DNA of 64,000 nt from a virus. Taxonomy: Duplodnaviria; Caudoviricetes. Each line of letters begins with the position of its first letter. The first letter of the stretch is position 1. Below the pieces are notes generated by a model. The model was not told the origin of the DNA. It saw only the letters and a list, made by a program, of their open reading frames with translations, and did no database searches. The DNA is taken from positions 1,517 to 65,516 of IMG/VR virus record IMGVR_UViG_3300042332_000866. One strand, written 5' to 3'. Made by a program: the position numbers and the translations under genes. This document shows positions 1 to 7,479 of this stretch, piece by piece.

Positions 1-1
1 A

Positions 2-598
2 AGCAACACCCTTGCTCGCGCCCGAGCCATCAAAGTAGCTCTCGAATCCAACTTAGAAGGCCCGGAAATCTCCTCAGAAGAGATTGGCATCGTCGTCAGA
101 GCCGCAGACGAGCTTCACGCCAACGTGTTTCCCAAGGATCGCGAACTTCGTGACAAAGCCTTGGAGATCCAGAACTCGTTGAAAGGCCAACAGGAAACGC
201 TGACAGCCAAACAACAAGAAGCCCGTGAACAGACGCTCCAGACTTCCGCATCAGAGCTTTACTCGGTCATGGAAGCCAAACTCAAACCGATGGGTATCTT
301 CAATAATCAGGATCTTGTCGAAGCCTTGAAGACGGCTCGACCAGCCGACCCTTCTAAAGAACCGATGACGGCAGTCGGCCAAGCGATGTCAGCGAAGCTG
401 GTGCCTGTGCTTGTCGGTGAATACAACAAACTCGCTACCCAACTCAAAGAAGCTAAGGCCGCTCTCCGTGCCCGTGGCGAAGCCGGAGCAGGCCCAGGCG
501 AAGGCGGTCGTCAGTCTGAGATCAAAAAGACTTCCGAAGAACCGGACGAAGGTCGCTCGCTGATGAGCGGTCTGAGTGGACTGCTTCGCAGACCATAA
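2..598 (+). CDS. Capsid scaffolding protein, 5'-truncated by the window edge
   Basis: Frame is open from position 2. Coiled-coil, charged sequence with a C-terminal amphipathic helix; last CDS before the major capsid gene. Confidence 0.6.
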   Translation, partial: SNTLARARAIKVALESNLEGPEISSEEIGIVVRAADELHANVFPKDRELRDKALEIQNSLKGQQETLTAKQQEAREQTLQTSASELYSVMEAKLKPMGIFNNQDLVEALKTARPADPSKEPMTAVGQAMSAKLVPVLVGEYNKLATQLKEAKAALRARGEAGAGPGEGGRQSEIKKTSEEPDEGRSLMSGLSGLLRRP

Positions 599-619
599 AA
601 CTGTCCGTGTGTTGTTCAG

Positions 620-656
620 AGCCTCGTTGCGAGAAATTGCAGCGAGGCTTCTTTTT
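620..656 (+). terminator. Intrinsic terminator
   Basis: Stem AGCCTCGTTGCGA-GAAA-TTGCAGCGAGGCT followed by TCTTTTT. Confidence 0.85.
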
Positions 657-660
657 GTAC

Positions 661-688
661 TTGAACAAAGCTCAAAATGTATTAGCGT
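661..688 (+). promoter_or_regulatory. Sigma70-like promoter for the RNA cluster
   Basis: TTGAAC-16 nt-TAGCGT directly upstream of the permuted tRNA-like element. Confidence 0.45.
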
Positions 689-693
689 TTAAA

Positions 694-770
694 GGTTAGA
701 GGAAACGTTGGTGCAAATCCAACCGGGACCGATTGGTCGCGTCGTCTAGCTAGTTAGGACACCTCCATTT
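694..770 (+). ncRNA. Circularly permuted tRNA-like RNA (YrlA/Y-RNA-like topology)
   Basis: T-arm GTTGG-TGCAAAT-CCAAC (707-723), acceptor stem CGGGACC-GATT-GGTCGCG closed by a loop (724-741), D-arm GTCTAGCTAGTTAGGAC (744-760), flanks GAGG/CCTC pair. Confidence 0.7.
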
Positions 771-835
771 TTTATCCATGAAATTCAGTTTCCATTTCCG
801 ACCGACTAACCCCTGATGGGGTTGTTTGTGTTAAT

Positions 836-912
836 CGGGTGGTAGCTCAGCTTGGTAGAGTACGGCGCTTGGAACGCTGTGGTCGTCGGTTCAAATCCGG
901 CTCACCCGACCA
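836..912 (+). tRNA. tRNA-Pro (anticodon UGG)
   Basis: Full cloverleaf: CGGGTGG/TCACCCG acceptor, CGGCG-CTTGGAA-CGCTG anticodon arm, GTCGG-TTCAAAT-CCGGC T-arm, encoded CCA. Confidence 0.95.
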
Positions 913-1056
913 AATTTGCATAGGTTAGAAACCAGTATCACGCGGCAGTCTTTCGATAGGTGGCAGTCGTGCTCTGTTGAGTTTCTCAATACCATAAATA
1001 TCTCACCACACTGAAAGCACCCAGCGGTGACAGAGACCCCGTCACCCCATAGAAAA

Positions 1057-1085
1057 GCCGCACACTGCCAAGTGCGGTCTTTTTA
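1057..1085 (+). terminator. Intrinsic terminator after the tRNA region
   Basis: GCCGCAC-ACTGCCAA-GTGCGGT followed by a T-run. Confidence 0.7.
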
Positions 1086-1100
1086 TTTGTAATTTTGTTG

Positions 1101-1129
1101 TTGACTATCTTCAACACCTGTTACAAACT
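1101..1129 (+). promoter_or_regulatory. Putative capsid gene promoter
   Basis: TTGACT-17 nt-CAAACT. Confidence 0.45.
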
Positions 1130-1330
1130 GCCGACGAGCATAAACCCGCAGCCTGCGGTTAGACCCAGCTCAGTCTGAGGTAAGGCACAATTCAAAGAGC
1201 GTTTTCATAGTTGGGTAGCTCCCCGACGCAAGCATCGAGACTTTCCGGTCTCTGTTCTGTGTCGGCCTCTTACGAGAGCACCCAAAGCAGCAGGGACGGA
1301 TAAAACCCAAATCCACCCCCCACTACTACT

Positions 1331-2509
1331 ATGGCTGACAACATCAATCAGATGTTCGCTGAAGACGCTTCTCGCATCCAAGGCGACGTTTACTTCATTC
1401 AACGTGACCAAGGTCGCGTTTCTGCACTCATCAAGAAGGACACCCTGCCAGAAGGCATGGGCCACAACTTCACCACTCCTGTCGTCCAGCGCTCCAATCG
1501 CACTGGCGGATCTGGCTGGGTAGAAGTAGCTGACCCTACTGGCGCAGAAAACAACTGCGTTCCTTCCCCTGGCACCACGACCTCTGCTATTGACCTCCTT
1601 AGCTGGACGGCCAGCAAGCGCGTCGAGCGTTCGGACACCATCTGTCTTGACGACGCATGGGCCGCTTACGACTTCGGCGAACAGGTCATGCGCAAACGTG
1701 AAGAGTTCGTCAACACCATCGTTGACCTCTGGGAAGACCGCGACAAAGACCGCTTCTTCCACTACGCAGGCCACAAAATCGTCTTCAACAGCTCTCTGAC
1801 TGAAGGCAACTCCACCACGATGCCCGCCACGGCAGCTACCTCCCAGATCACTCAAGGTCTGCTTGATAGTATCCGCAGCCGCGCCATCCGTGACGGTGCC
1901 GGACGTGAGCCTTACGCCATGAAGAACGGTGCTCCGCTTCTGCCCCTCATCCTCTCCGATGAAGCACAGCGCACACTGCTCCTCAACGACGCTTCTATCC
2001 GCAGCGACTTCAACTTCGCTGAAATGGGTAAAGGCTCTGAAGGTTCCAAGATCCTCCAGCGCTGGGGCGTTGACACCGGATACGGTGGCTACCTCCACAT
2101 CATCGACACAAAGATGCCTCGCTACAACTTCACTGGTGGAGCCTGGGTCGAAGTGCCTTTCTACACCACTGCTGCTGCCACCATCGGCACGAAGCTCGTC
2201 CTCAACCCAGCTTACCTCACAGCTGAATACGAAGACGCTTATGTCTGGCATCCAGACGTGGTGCATCGCATGGTTCCGAAGACCCGCACCACCGTCGGTG
2301 CCGACACCCGTTTCGGCGGATTCGACTACAACGGCACGGTCAAATGGACCAACATCCCAAGCCTCGACAACAACCCTCTGGAGAACCAAGGCCAGTGGTT
2401 TGCACAGCTCTACGCTGCCTACAAACCAATCAAGGTTCAATACGGTTACGTCATCCGCTTCAAGCGCTGCCCGAACATCGTAACCAGCCCTTGCCCTAGC
2501 TACGCATAA
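1331..2509 (+). CDS. Major capsid protein
   Basis: 392 aa, strongly biased codons, follows the scaffold gene, followed by a strong hairpin; composition fits an HK97-fold capsid. Confidence 0.8.
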   Translation: MADNINQMFAEDASRIQGDVYFIQRDQGRVSALIKKDTLPEGMGHNFTTPVVQRSNRTGGSGWVEVADPTGAENNCVPSPGTTTSAIDLLSWTASKRVERSDTICLDDAWAAYDFGEQVMRKREEFVNTIVDLWEDRDKDRFFHYAGHKIVFNSSLTEGNSTTMPATAATSQITQGLLDSIRSRAIRDGAGREPYAMKNGAPLLPLILSDEAQRTLLLNDASIRSDFNFAEMGKGSEGSKILQRWGVDTGYGGYLHIIDTKMPRYNFTGGAWVEVPFYTTAAATIGTKLVLNPAYLTAEYEDAYVWHPDVVHRMVPKTRTTVGADTRFGGFDYNGTVKWTNIPSLDNNPLENQGQWFAQLYAAYKPIKVQYGYVIRFKRCPNIVTSPCPSYA

Positions 2510-2528
2510 GTGCTAGGTAGGTAACACC

Positions 2529-2565
2529 CCTCGGGCGGAGCTTAAACTCTCCGCCCGAGGTTTCC
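2529..2565 (+). terminator. Hairpin/terminator after the capsid gene
   Basis: 12-bp perfect stem CCTCGGGCGGAG/CTCCGCCCGAGG with a short T tail. Confidence 0.7.
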
Positions 2566-2576
2566 TCTTAAATACT

Positions 2577-2882
2577 ATGGAAGATCTACCACCAGCTATG
2601 TCGATGGACGAAGAAGTCGAGGACGAGTTCTCCTTCAACGTACCACAAAACTTCTCTCCACCTGAAGGCTACGAAGAAGGCAAGCCCTTCGAGATGGTAG
2701 CCTCCCTGACCATGGAGAATGGCCGTCTCAAAATTAATTCACTCAACGGCGCGAAGCTCGCGGATGAAGAGGCCGAAGAGGAAGATGAGACTGAAGAAGA
2801 CGAGGCTGAGGTCGCTGAAGAAGCACCGATGATGCCCGACGGCGGCGAAAGTCTGATGAAAGCCCTTGGAACTCTTGGATAA
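2577..2882 (+). CDS. Highly acidic hypothetical protein (head-associated?)
   Basis: 101-aa E/D-rich ORF directly after the capsid gene. Confidence 0.65.
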   Translation: MEDLPPAMSMDEEVEDEFSFNVPQNFSPPEGYEEGKPFEMVASLTMENGRLKINSLNGAKLADEEAEEEDETEEDEAEVAEEAPMMPDGGESLMKALGTLG

Positions 2883-3124
2883 TGACTGTTTCACCATACG
2901 CATCCCAAGCTAAAATATCTGCCGCTTTGGCAGTCATTGGGTTGTCGTATATGCCGCAGACCAGACAACAGTTGTTACAAGCAGTTGCTCTCGCTTTTGC
3001 TAACAGAAATGCAGGTGGCGGAGATCCCCAAACTAATGTGTATAATGCCCTTGGGGGGTCGCCACTTGCTTCAAATGACCAAGCTCTTTTACAGCAAAAT
3101 TTAGTACTCGCGGCTACGACATGA
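2882..3124 (+). CDS. Small virion protein, SPYAS paralog 1
   Basis: N-terminus MTVSPYASQAKISAAL...QQLLQ shared with the next two genes; overlapping stop/start. Confidence 0.7.
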   Translation: MTVSPYASQAKISAALAVIGLSYMPQTRQQLLQAVALAFANRNAGGGDPQTNVYNALGGSPLASNDQALLQQNLVLAATT

Positions 3125-3357
3125 CAAGCTCCCCATACGCATCCGAGGCTAAAATAGACGAAGCTCTTGCAGCTATCGGAGCTGAACTTATAGGGCAAAC
3201 GGAGCAGCAGCTACTTCAACAACTCGTCGTAGCCGCAGTCGTAGGGGCAGGATCAACTGTTAATACAGGCACTAAATTTGATGGCGGAATAGGCGGTAAC
3301 TCATATACTGTAGATGAGGTTGTAAAAGCGCTTAAAGATCTAAGCCTGTTAGTATAA
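3121..3357 (+). CDS. Small virion protein, SPYAS paralog 2
   Basis: MTSSPYASEAKIDEAL...QQLLQQL; ATGA overlap. Confidence 0.7.
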   Translation: MTSSPYASEAKIDEALAAIGAELIGQTEQQLLQQLVVAAVVGAGSTVNTGTKFDGGIGGNSYTVDEVVKALKDLSLLV

Positions 3358-3374
3358 ACAAATTAAGAATCACT

Positions 3375-4823
3375 ATGAGCGTCTCCCCTTACGCATCCGA
3401 AGCAAAAGTAAACCAAGCTCTTACGGCTATTGGAGCTGAGTTAATCGGTCGAAATGAACAGCAGCTTCTTCAACAGCTAGTCGTAGCTGCGGCTACAGCG
3501 TCTGGAGGCGGTGGGGGAGGCTCAGTCGCTTTTTCGGCAATCACAGGGAGCCCTACAGATAACACCAATCTAGCCGCAGCGCTAAATGCTAAACTTCCGA
3601 TAGTTGATCCAAACGCAACAAACAGTTTAACGGTCACGGGTATTGGTGAAGGGGAGTCCCCCATCTTCGCCCTCGTCACACCAAGAGCAGGCAGCGACGA
3701 CATTTCAAGGTATTTGCCTAGCCAAGCTCCTGGTATTTCTGAATTCGTGAGTCCCGCAGAGAGCGGAACACTGCTTACTAACAACTCAATTATTCAAGGC
3801 ACGCAGTTAGCTGACACAACGGTTCCCACCGCAAAACTGGAAAACCCAGGCATCGAGATTAACGGGGTGGGAGTTAATCTAGGCGGGTCGATTACTGTCA
3901 CAGCTAACTTGCCTACTGGGGGCACCACAGGTCAAATTTTAGCCAAACAATCCAACGCCGACGGCGATGCGGACTGGGAGACGCCACCTTCACTCGGGCC
4001 AGACGTGCGCGTTTACACAGCCGATGCAACGTGGGACAATCCAAGCCCGTCCACAGCTCGTCGCGTATTCGTTCGCCTCGTCGGCGGTGGTGGTGGAGGC
4101 GGATCAGGTCGCAAAGGCGTGGCAGGCGTTAACCGTTTTGGCGGTGGCGGTGCAGCCGCTGGCGCTGTTACTGAGTTTTGGACTTTAACAACAGAATTAG
4201 CCTCCACAAGACCTGTCACTATTGGTGCGGGCGGGATCGGTGGAACAGCAGTTACCACAGACAGCACGAATGGAAACTCCGGAACGGCTGGTGGAGATAC
4301 TAATTTTGCAGGGGTAACAGCTATCGGCGGCGCTTTTGGAGTAGGTGGAGGATCAAGCTCTGGCACTGCTGGAGCAACTACTGCTAACTCATGCGTATCT
4401 GGAGTCGCTGTTGCAAATAACGGCTCAGGTGGAGCAGGTGGCGCTGTTGCTGGCGCGGCAGGAACAACAGTTAATACCCTCACCCCAACTGGAGGCGGCG
4501 GAGGTGGTGGACTAGATACCTCAAACACTAACCGAGCTGGAGGCACTGGCGGCCCTATGGGTGCAGCGGCAATTATCACGCTCGCAGGCGGCACAGCCGG
4601 ACTTTCTGGAGGCGGCAACGGCGGCAATGGCAACGATAACCGAGGCTCAGGCACAGGTGGCGGTGGTGGCGGCTCAAACAATCTAGGCGCAGGCGGAAGG
4701 GGCGGCAATGGCGGCGGTTTTGGCGCAGGCGGCGGCGGCGGTGCTGCTGGAACTAATATCGTCGGAGACTCTGGAGCTGGCGGAAATGGCGCCCAAGGTT
4801 ACGCGCTCATTATTACTTACTAA
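3375..4823 (+). CDS. Glycine-rich fibre protein, SPYAS paralog 3
   Basis: Shared N-terminal module; LPTGGTTGQILAKQS fibre motif; C-terminal Gly-rich domain (VRLVGGGGGGG...GGNGAQGYALIITY). Confidence 0.8.
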   Translation: MSVSPYASEAKVNQALTAIGAELIGRNEQQLLQQLVVAAATASGGGGGGSVAFSAITGSPTDNTNLAAALNAKLPIVDPNATNSLTVTGIGEGESPIFALVTPRAGSDDISRYLPSQAPGISEFVSPAESGTLLTNNSIIQGTQLADTTVPTAKLENPGIEINGVGVNLGGSITVTANLPTGGTTGQILAKQSNADGDADWETPPSLGPDVRVYTADATWDNPSPSTARRVFVRLVGGGGGGGSGRKGVAGVNRFGGGGAAAGAVTEFWTLTTELASTRPVTIGAGGIGGTAVTTDSTNGNSGTAGGDTNFAGVTAIGGAFGVGGGSSSGTAGATTANSCVSGVAVANNGSGGAGGAVAGAAGTTVNTLTPTGGGGGGGLDTSNTNRAGGTGGPMGAAAIITLAGGTAGLSGGGNGGNGNDNRGSGTGGGGGGSNNLGAGGRGGNGGGFGAGGGGGAAGTNIVGDSGAGGNGAQGYALIITY

Positions 4824-4824
4824 T

Positions 4825-5214
4825 ATGAAACGAATCGCTCACATCGACGGAACCACGATCACCAATGTTTCTTTGGCACCTAATGACGCGCCATTGGCAC
4901 CGAATACCATGCTAGAAAGCGATGCTCTGGCTGCTGGTTATACTTACAAAAGCGCCACTGAAACACAGCCAGTCGTCGTTTCCATGCGGAGCTTCCGTGA
5001 GGCTTGCGGACGGGAACTAACTTCAGAAATTAGTGCTTATATCGCCACCATTGAAGATCTCGATGAAAGGTTCAAAGCTCAGAATGATTTTGAGTTTGCC
5101 GCCACAGTCTCCAGCGTTAATTTTCGTGTTTCGCAGATTGCATCAGCTTTGGGCAAGACTGAACCTGAGATTGACGAAGTGTTTGCTTTGGCTCAACAAT
5201 TAGACGCTGCTTAA
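4825..5214 (+). CDS. Putative fibre assembly/chaperone protein
   Basis: ATG at 4825 just after the fibre stop; C-terminus 'ALGKTEPEIDEVFALA' resembles fibre-associated proteins. Confidence 0.55.
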   Translation: MKRIAHIDGTTITNVSLAPNDAPLAPNTMLESDALAAGYTYKSATETQPVVVSMRSFREACGRELTSEISAYIATIEDLDERFKAQNDFEFAATVSSVNFRVSQIASALGKTEPEIDEVFALAQQLDAA

Positions 5215-5217
5215 TTT

Positions 5218-5385
5218 ATGCAAGACAACCATGTCACTCCTTTCATCGGTTCACTAATTGCCTTTGCAAGCACGGTGACAAGCCTTGCGGAAATCGAAGT
5301 TTGGTTAAAGCTCAGTTCTCTTGCAGTCGGAACTCTAGCTGGTATATTAGGCTGCATTTCAGCAATCAAAAACCTGACTAAATGA
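5218..5385 (+). CDS. Small membrane protein (holin/antiholin candidate)
   Basis: 55 aa read by hand (MQDNHVTPFIGSLIAFAS...ISAIKNLTK), two hydrophobic segments. Confidence 0.6.
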   Translation: MQDNHVTPFIGSLIAFASTVTSLAEIEVWLKLSSLAVGTLAGILGCISAIKNLTK

Positions 5386-5558
5386 AAGCATATCTACTCA
5401 AAAACTGGAAAACTTCACTTGTTGGCGTGTTCGCCATCCTCGCTGTGATTACCTCGACATGGCTGCCGCAATACAAAGACGAGCTTGAAACCGTCGCCGG
5501 AGTCCTTGCTGGTCTTGGTCTGCTTGCCGCAAAAGACAGCGACAAGACTGGAGTATGA
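5382..5558 (+). CDS. Holin candidate
   Basis: 58 aa read by hand (MKAYLLKNWKTSLVGVFAILAVI...GLLAAKDSDKTGV), two TM segments and a charged tail. Confidence 0.65.
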   Translation: MKAYLLKNWKTSLVGVFAILAVITSTWLPQYKDELETVAGVLAGLGLLAAKDSDKTGV

Positions 5559-5779
5559 TAGGTATTATTGAACTGCTCAACCTGGCTTTGCGAGTCTGGC
5601 TGGCAGTCAATGCCTCGAAACCTTTTCAACGACTCCATGAAATTGATCGCGAAATACGCCGTTTGTCTATCGGCGCTAATGAGTCTGCTCTCTTGCAAAT
5701 CGAAGCGCTCGACCGAGAGCGAAGAGTCCTTGATAAACTCGTCGGCACTCTACACACCGACCTCAGTAACAAGTCTTGA
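5555..5779 (+). CDS. i-spanin (Rz-like) candidate
   Basis: N-terminal hydrophobic segment followed by coiled coil; overlapped by a lipoprotein gene. Confidence 0.55.
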   Translation: MIGIIELLNLALRVWLAVNASKPFQRLHEIDREIRRLSIGANESALLQIEALDRERRVLDKLVGTLHTDLSNKS

Positions 5780-5885
5780 GGGCGTCGAATATCAATTTGC
5801 TGAAGGACGCTGGAGAGGCACTGGCGAGCATCTTTATTCACAGGCCGCGTTCACTCGCGCCTTAACCATAGGAAGAGGCAAGTAA
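5637..5885 (+). CDS. o-spanin (Rz1-like) lipoprotein candidate
   Basis: MKLIAKYAVCLSALMSLLSC signal peptide with lipobox; starts inside the preceding gene in another frame. Confidence 0.6.
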   Translation: MKLIAKYAVCLSALMSLLSCKSKRSTESEESLINSSALYTPTSVTSLEGVEYQFAEGRWRGTGEHLYSQAAFTRALTIGRGK

Positions 5886-5889
5886 CACC

Positions 5890-6873
5890 ATGACTAAAGC
5901 CGAAATCGTTAGATCCTATCTTGAGCGTTTTCCTAATACAGAAAACCTCACACTTGCCAAGGTTTTGCATAAAGAGTTACCCAAGGTTTTTCTATCGCCC
6001 GAATCGGCTCGCGACATTGTGCGGAGGCTGCGAGGTGCAAAAGGGGACTACCACAGCAAGTACACCCCGGATAAATCAGCCTTTAAGCCGCTTGGCTGGC
6101 AGAAAGATGTCATGCCTAAGACGCTCGCAAGAACACGGGAGCCAATCGTTTTGAGCGGGGCCTTAAAGGTTCTGATTTTGTCAGACATCCACATCCCGTA
6201 TCACGACGAGATTGCAGTCGCTGCCGCTATCGCGCACGGCAAAAAGAAAAAGCCGGACGTGATTATTCTCAACGGTGACATCGGTGACTTCTATGGCGTG
6301 TCCCGTCACGACAAAGACCCACGTCGCTCGCTTGCTGATGAGTTGGACGCCATTCGCCAGTTCTTATTCCACCTCCGCAAGCAGTTCCCAAACGCCCGCA
6401 TTCTCTACAAAATCGGAAACCACGAAGCGCGGATGGAGATGTTTCTGATTAAGAATGCTCCCGTGCTTCTCGGAGTTTCAGACTTCGAGCTTCCCGTGTT
6501 GCTTAAATTTGATGAGGCTAGGATTGAGCTTGTGCCATCGCTGACACTCATTCGACTCGGCAGCCTGCCAATTTACCACGGGCATGAACTACCTCAGGGT
6601 ATGTCCTCGCCAGTCAATCCAGCCAGAGGAATATGGATGCGCGTTCAGGAATCGCTTATTTGCGGCCACTGGCACCGAACAAGCGAGCACACTGAAAGCA
6701 CGGGGCTAAACAAAAAACTCTCATCCTGTTGGAGCACTGGGTGCCTCTGCGATTTGACTCCCGACTACGCTATTGTGAATCGCTGGAATCACGGCTTTGC
6801 ATGGGTGGAAACGCAGGCCGATGGCAACTACGAGGTGACTAATCACAAGATTATTAACGGGAGAGTTTATTAA
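5890..6873 (+). CDS. Calcineurin-like metallophosphoesterase
   Basis: Motifs SDIH, NGDIGD, GNHE, HGHE, GHWH. Confidence 0.85.
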   Translation: MTKAEIVRSYLERFPNTENLTLAKVLHKELPKVFLSPESARDIVRRLRGAKGDYHSKYTPDKSAFKPLGWQKDVMPKTLARTREPIVLSGALKVLILSDIHIPYHDEIAVAAAIAHGKKKKPDVIILNGDIGDFYGVSRHDKDPRRSLADELDAIRQFLFHLRKQFPNARILYKIGNHEARMEMFLIKNAPVLLGVSDFELPVLLKFDEARIELVPSLTLIRLGSLPIYHGHELPQGMSSPVNPARGIWMRVQESLICGHWHRTSEHTESTGLNKKLSSCWSTGCLCDLTPDYAIVNRWNHGFAWVETQADGNYEVTNHKIINGRVY

Positions 6874-6888
6874 CAATCATCAATCAAT

Positions 6889-7446
6889 ATGATCCCTTCA
6901 TCTACCCCTAAAGCCAGTTTGGTTCGTATCAGCAAGGCTATCTCCAAAGCGAAGCTGACCGATAACGTCATCCTTGTCGGGGTTCGTGGTTACTACAAAG
7001 ACACGATGGGTAAACCAGGCGTTAATGATCGAGGTATCTACGATGACGCTCTTTTTATCGTCTCACCAACCCACTTTTCAGCTTGGAATGCAAACACCGA
7101 CCCTTCTATACACCGTCAAGGTATTGCCAGCCTTGTTACTGGAGTGCATCGTTATCGCCGCGGCAATCATGGTATCAGTCGTCCTGGAGGTGGGTATCCA
7201 GCTTTTCGTCCCGCTACGAAAAATGAAGAACTTCCTGTTGTCCGCGACGGAGTAACTAATCCAACCCCCGGAGTCGCTATCAATATTCATAAAGGATCTC
7301 GGAATAGCACCAGCAGTGAAGGCTGTCAGACAGTTCCTCCGCAGCAGTGGGACTCATTCTACGCAGCGCTTAGCGGGGAAATGAAGCGGCACAACGTCAA
7401 AGACTTTCCCTACCTGTTAATCAACGAGAGTGATTTACCATCTTGA
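6889..7446 (+). CDS. Putative endolysin, L,D-transpeptidase (YkuD)-like Cys peptidase
   Basis: INIHKG...SEGC His/Cys motif; located in the lysis block. Confidence 0.6.
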   Translation: MIPSSTPKASLVRISKAISKAKLTDNVILVGVRGYYKDTMGKPGVNDRGIYDDALFIVSPTHFSAWNANTDPSIHRQGIASLVTGVHRYRRGNHGISRPGGGYPAFRPATKNEELPVVRDGVTNPTPGVAINIHKGSRNSTSSEGCQTVPPQQWDSFYAALSGEMKRHNVKDFPYLLINESDLPS

Positions 7447-7471
7447 TCTAATCAAACTCACCGAGTAGTCT
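7443..7471 (+). promoter_or_regulatory. Sigma70-like promoter, near-leaderless
   Basis: TTGATC-17 nt-TAGTCT, 8 nt before ATG 7480. Confidence 0.5.
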
Positions 7472-7479
7472 GTCGCACC

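Noticed and set aside
1205-2440. 411-aa antisense ORF over the capsid gene
   Set aside because: Expected by-product of strong codon bias in the capsid gene; no independent motif or expression signal
4013-4708. Pro-rich antisense ORF
   Set aside because: Mirror of the Gly-rich fibre domain
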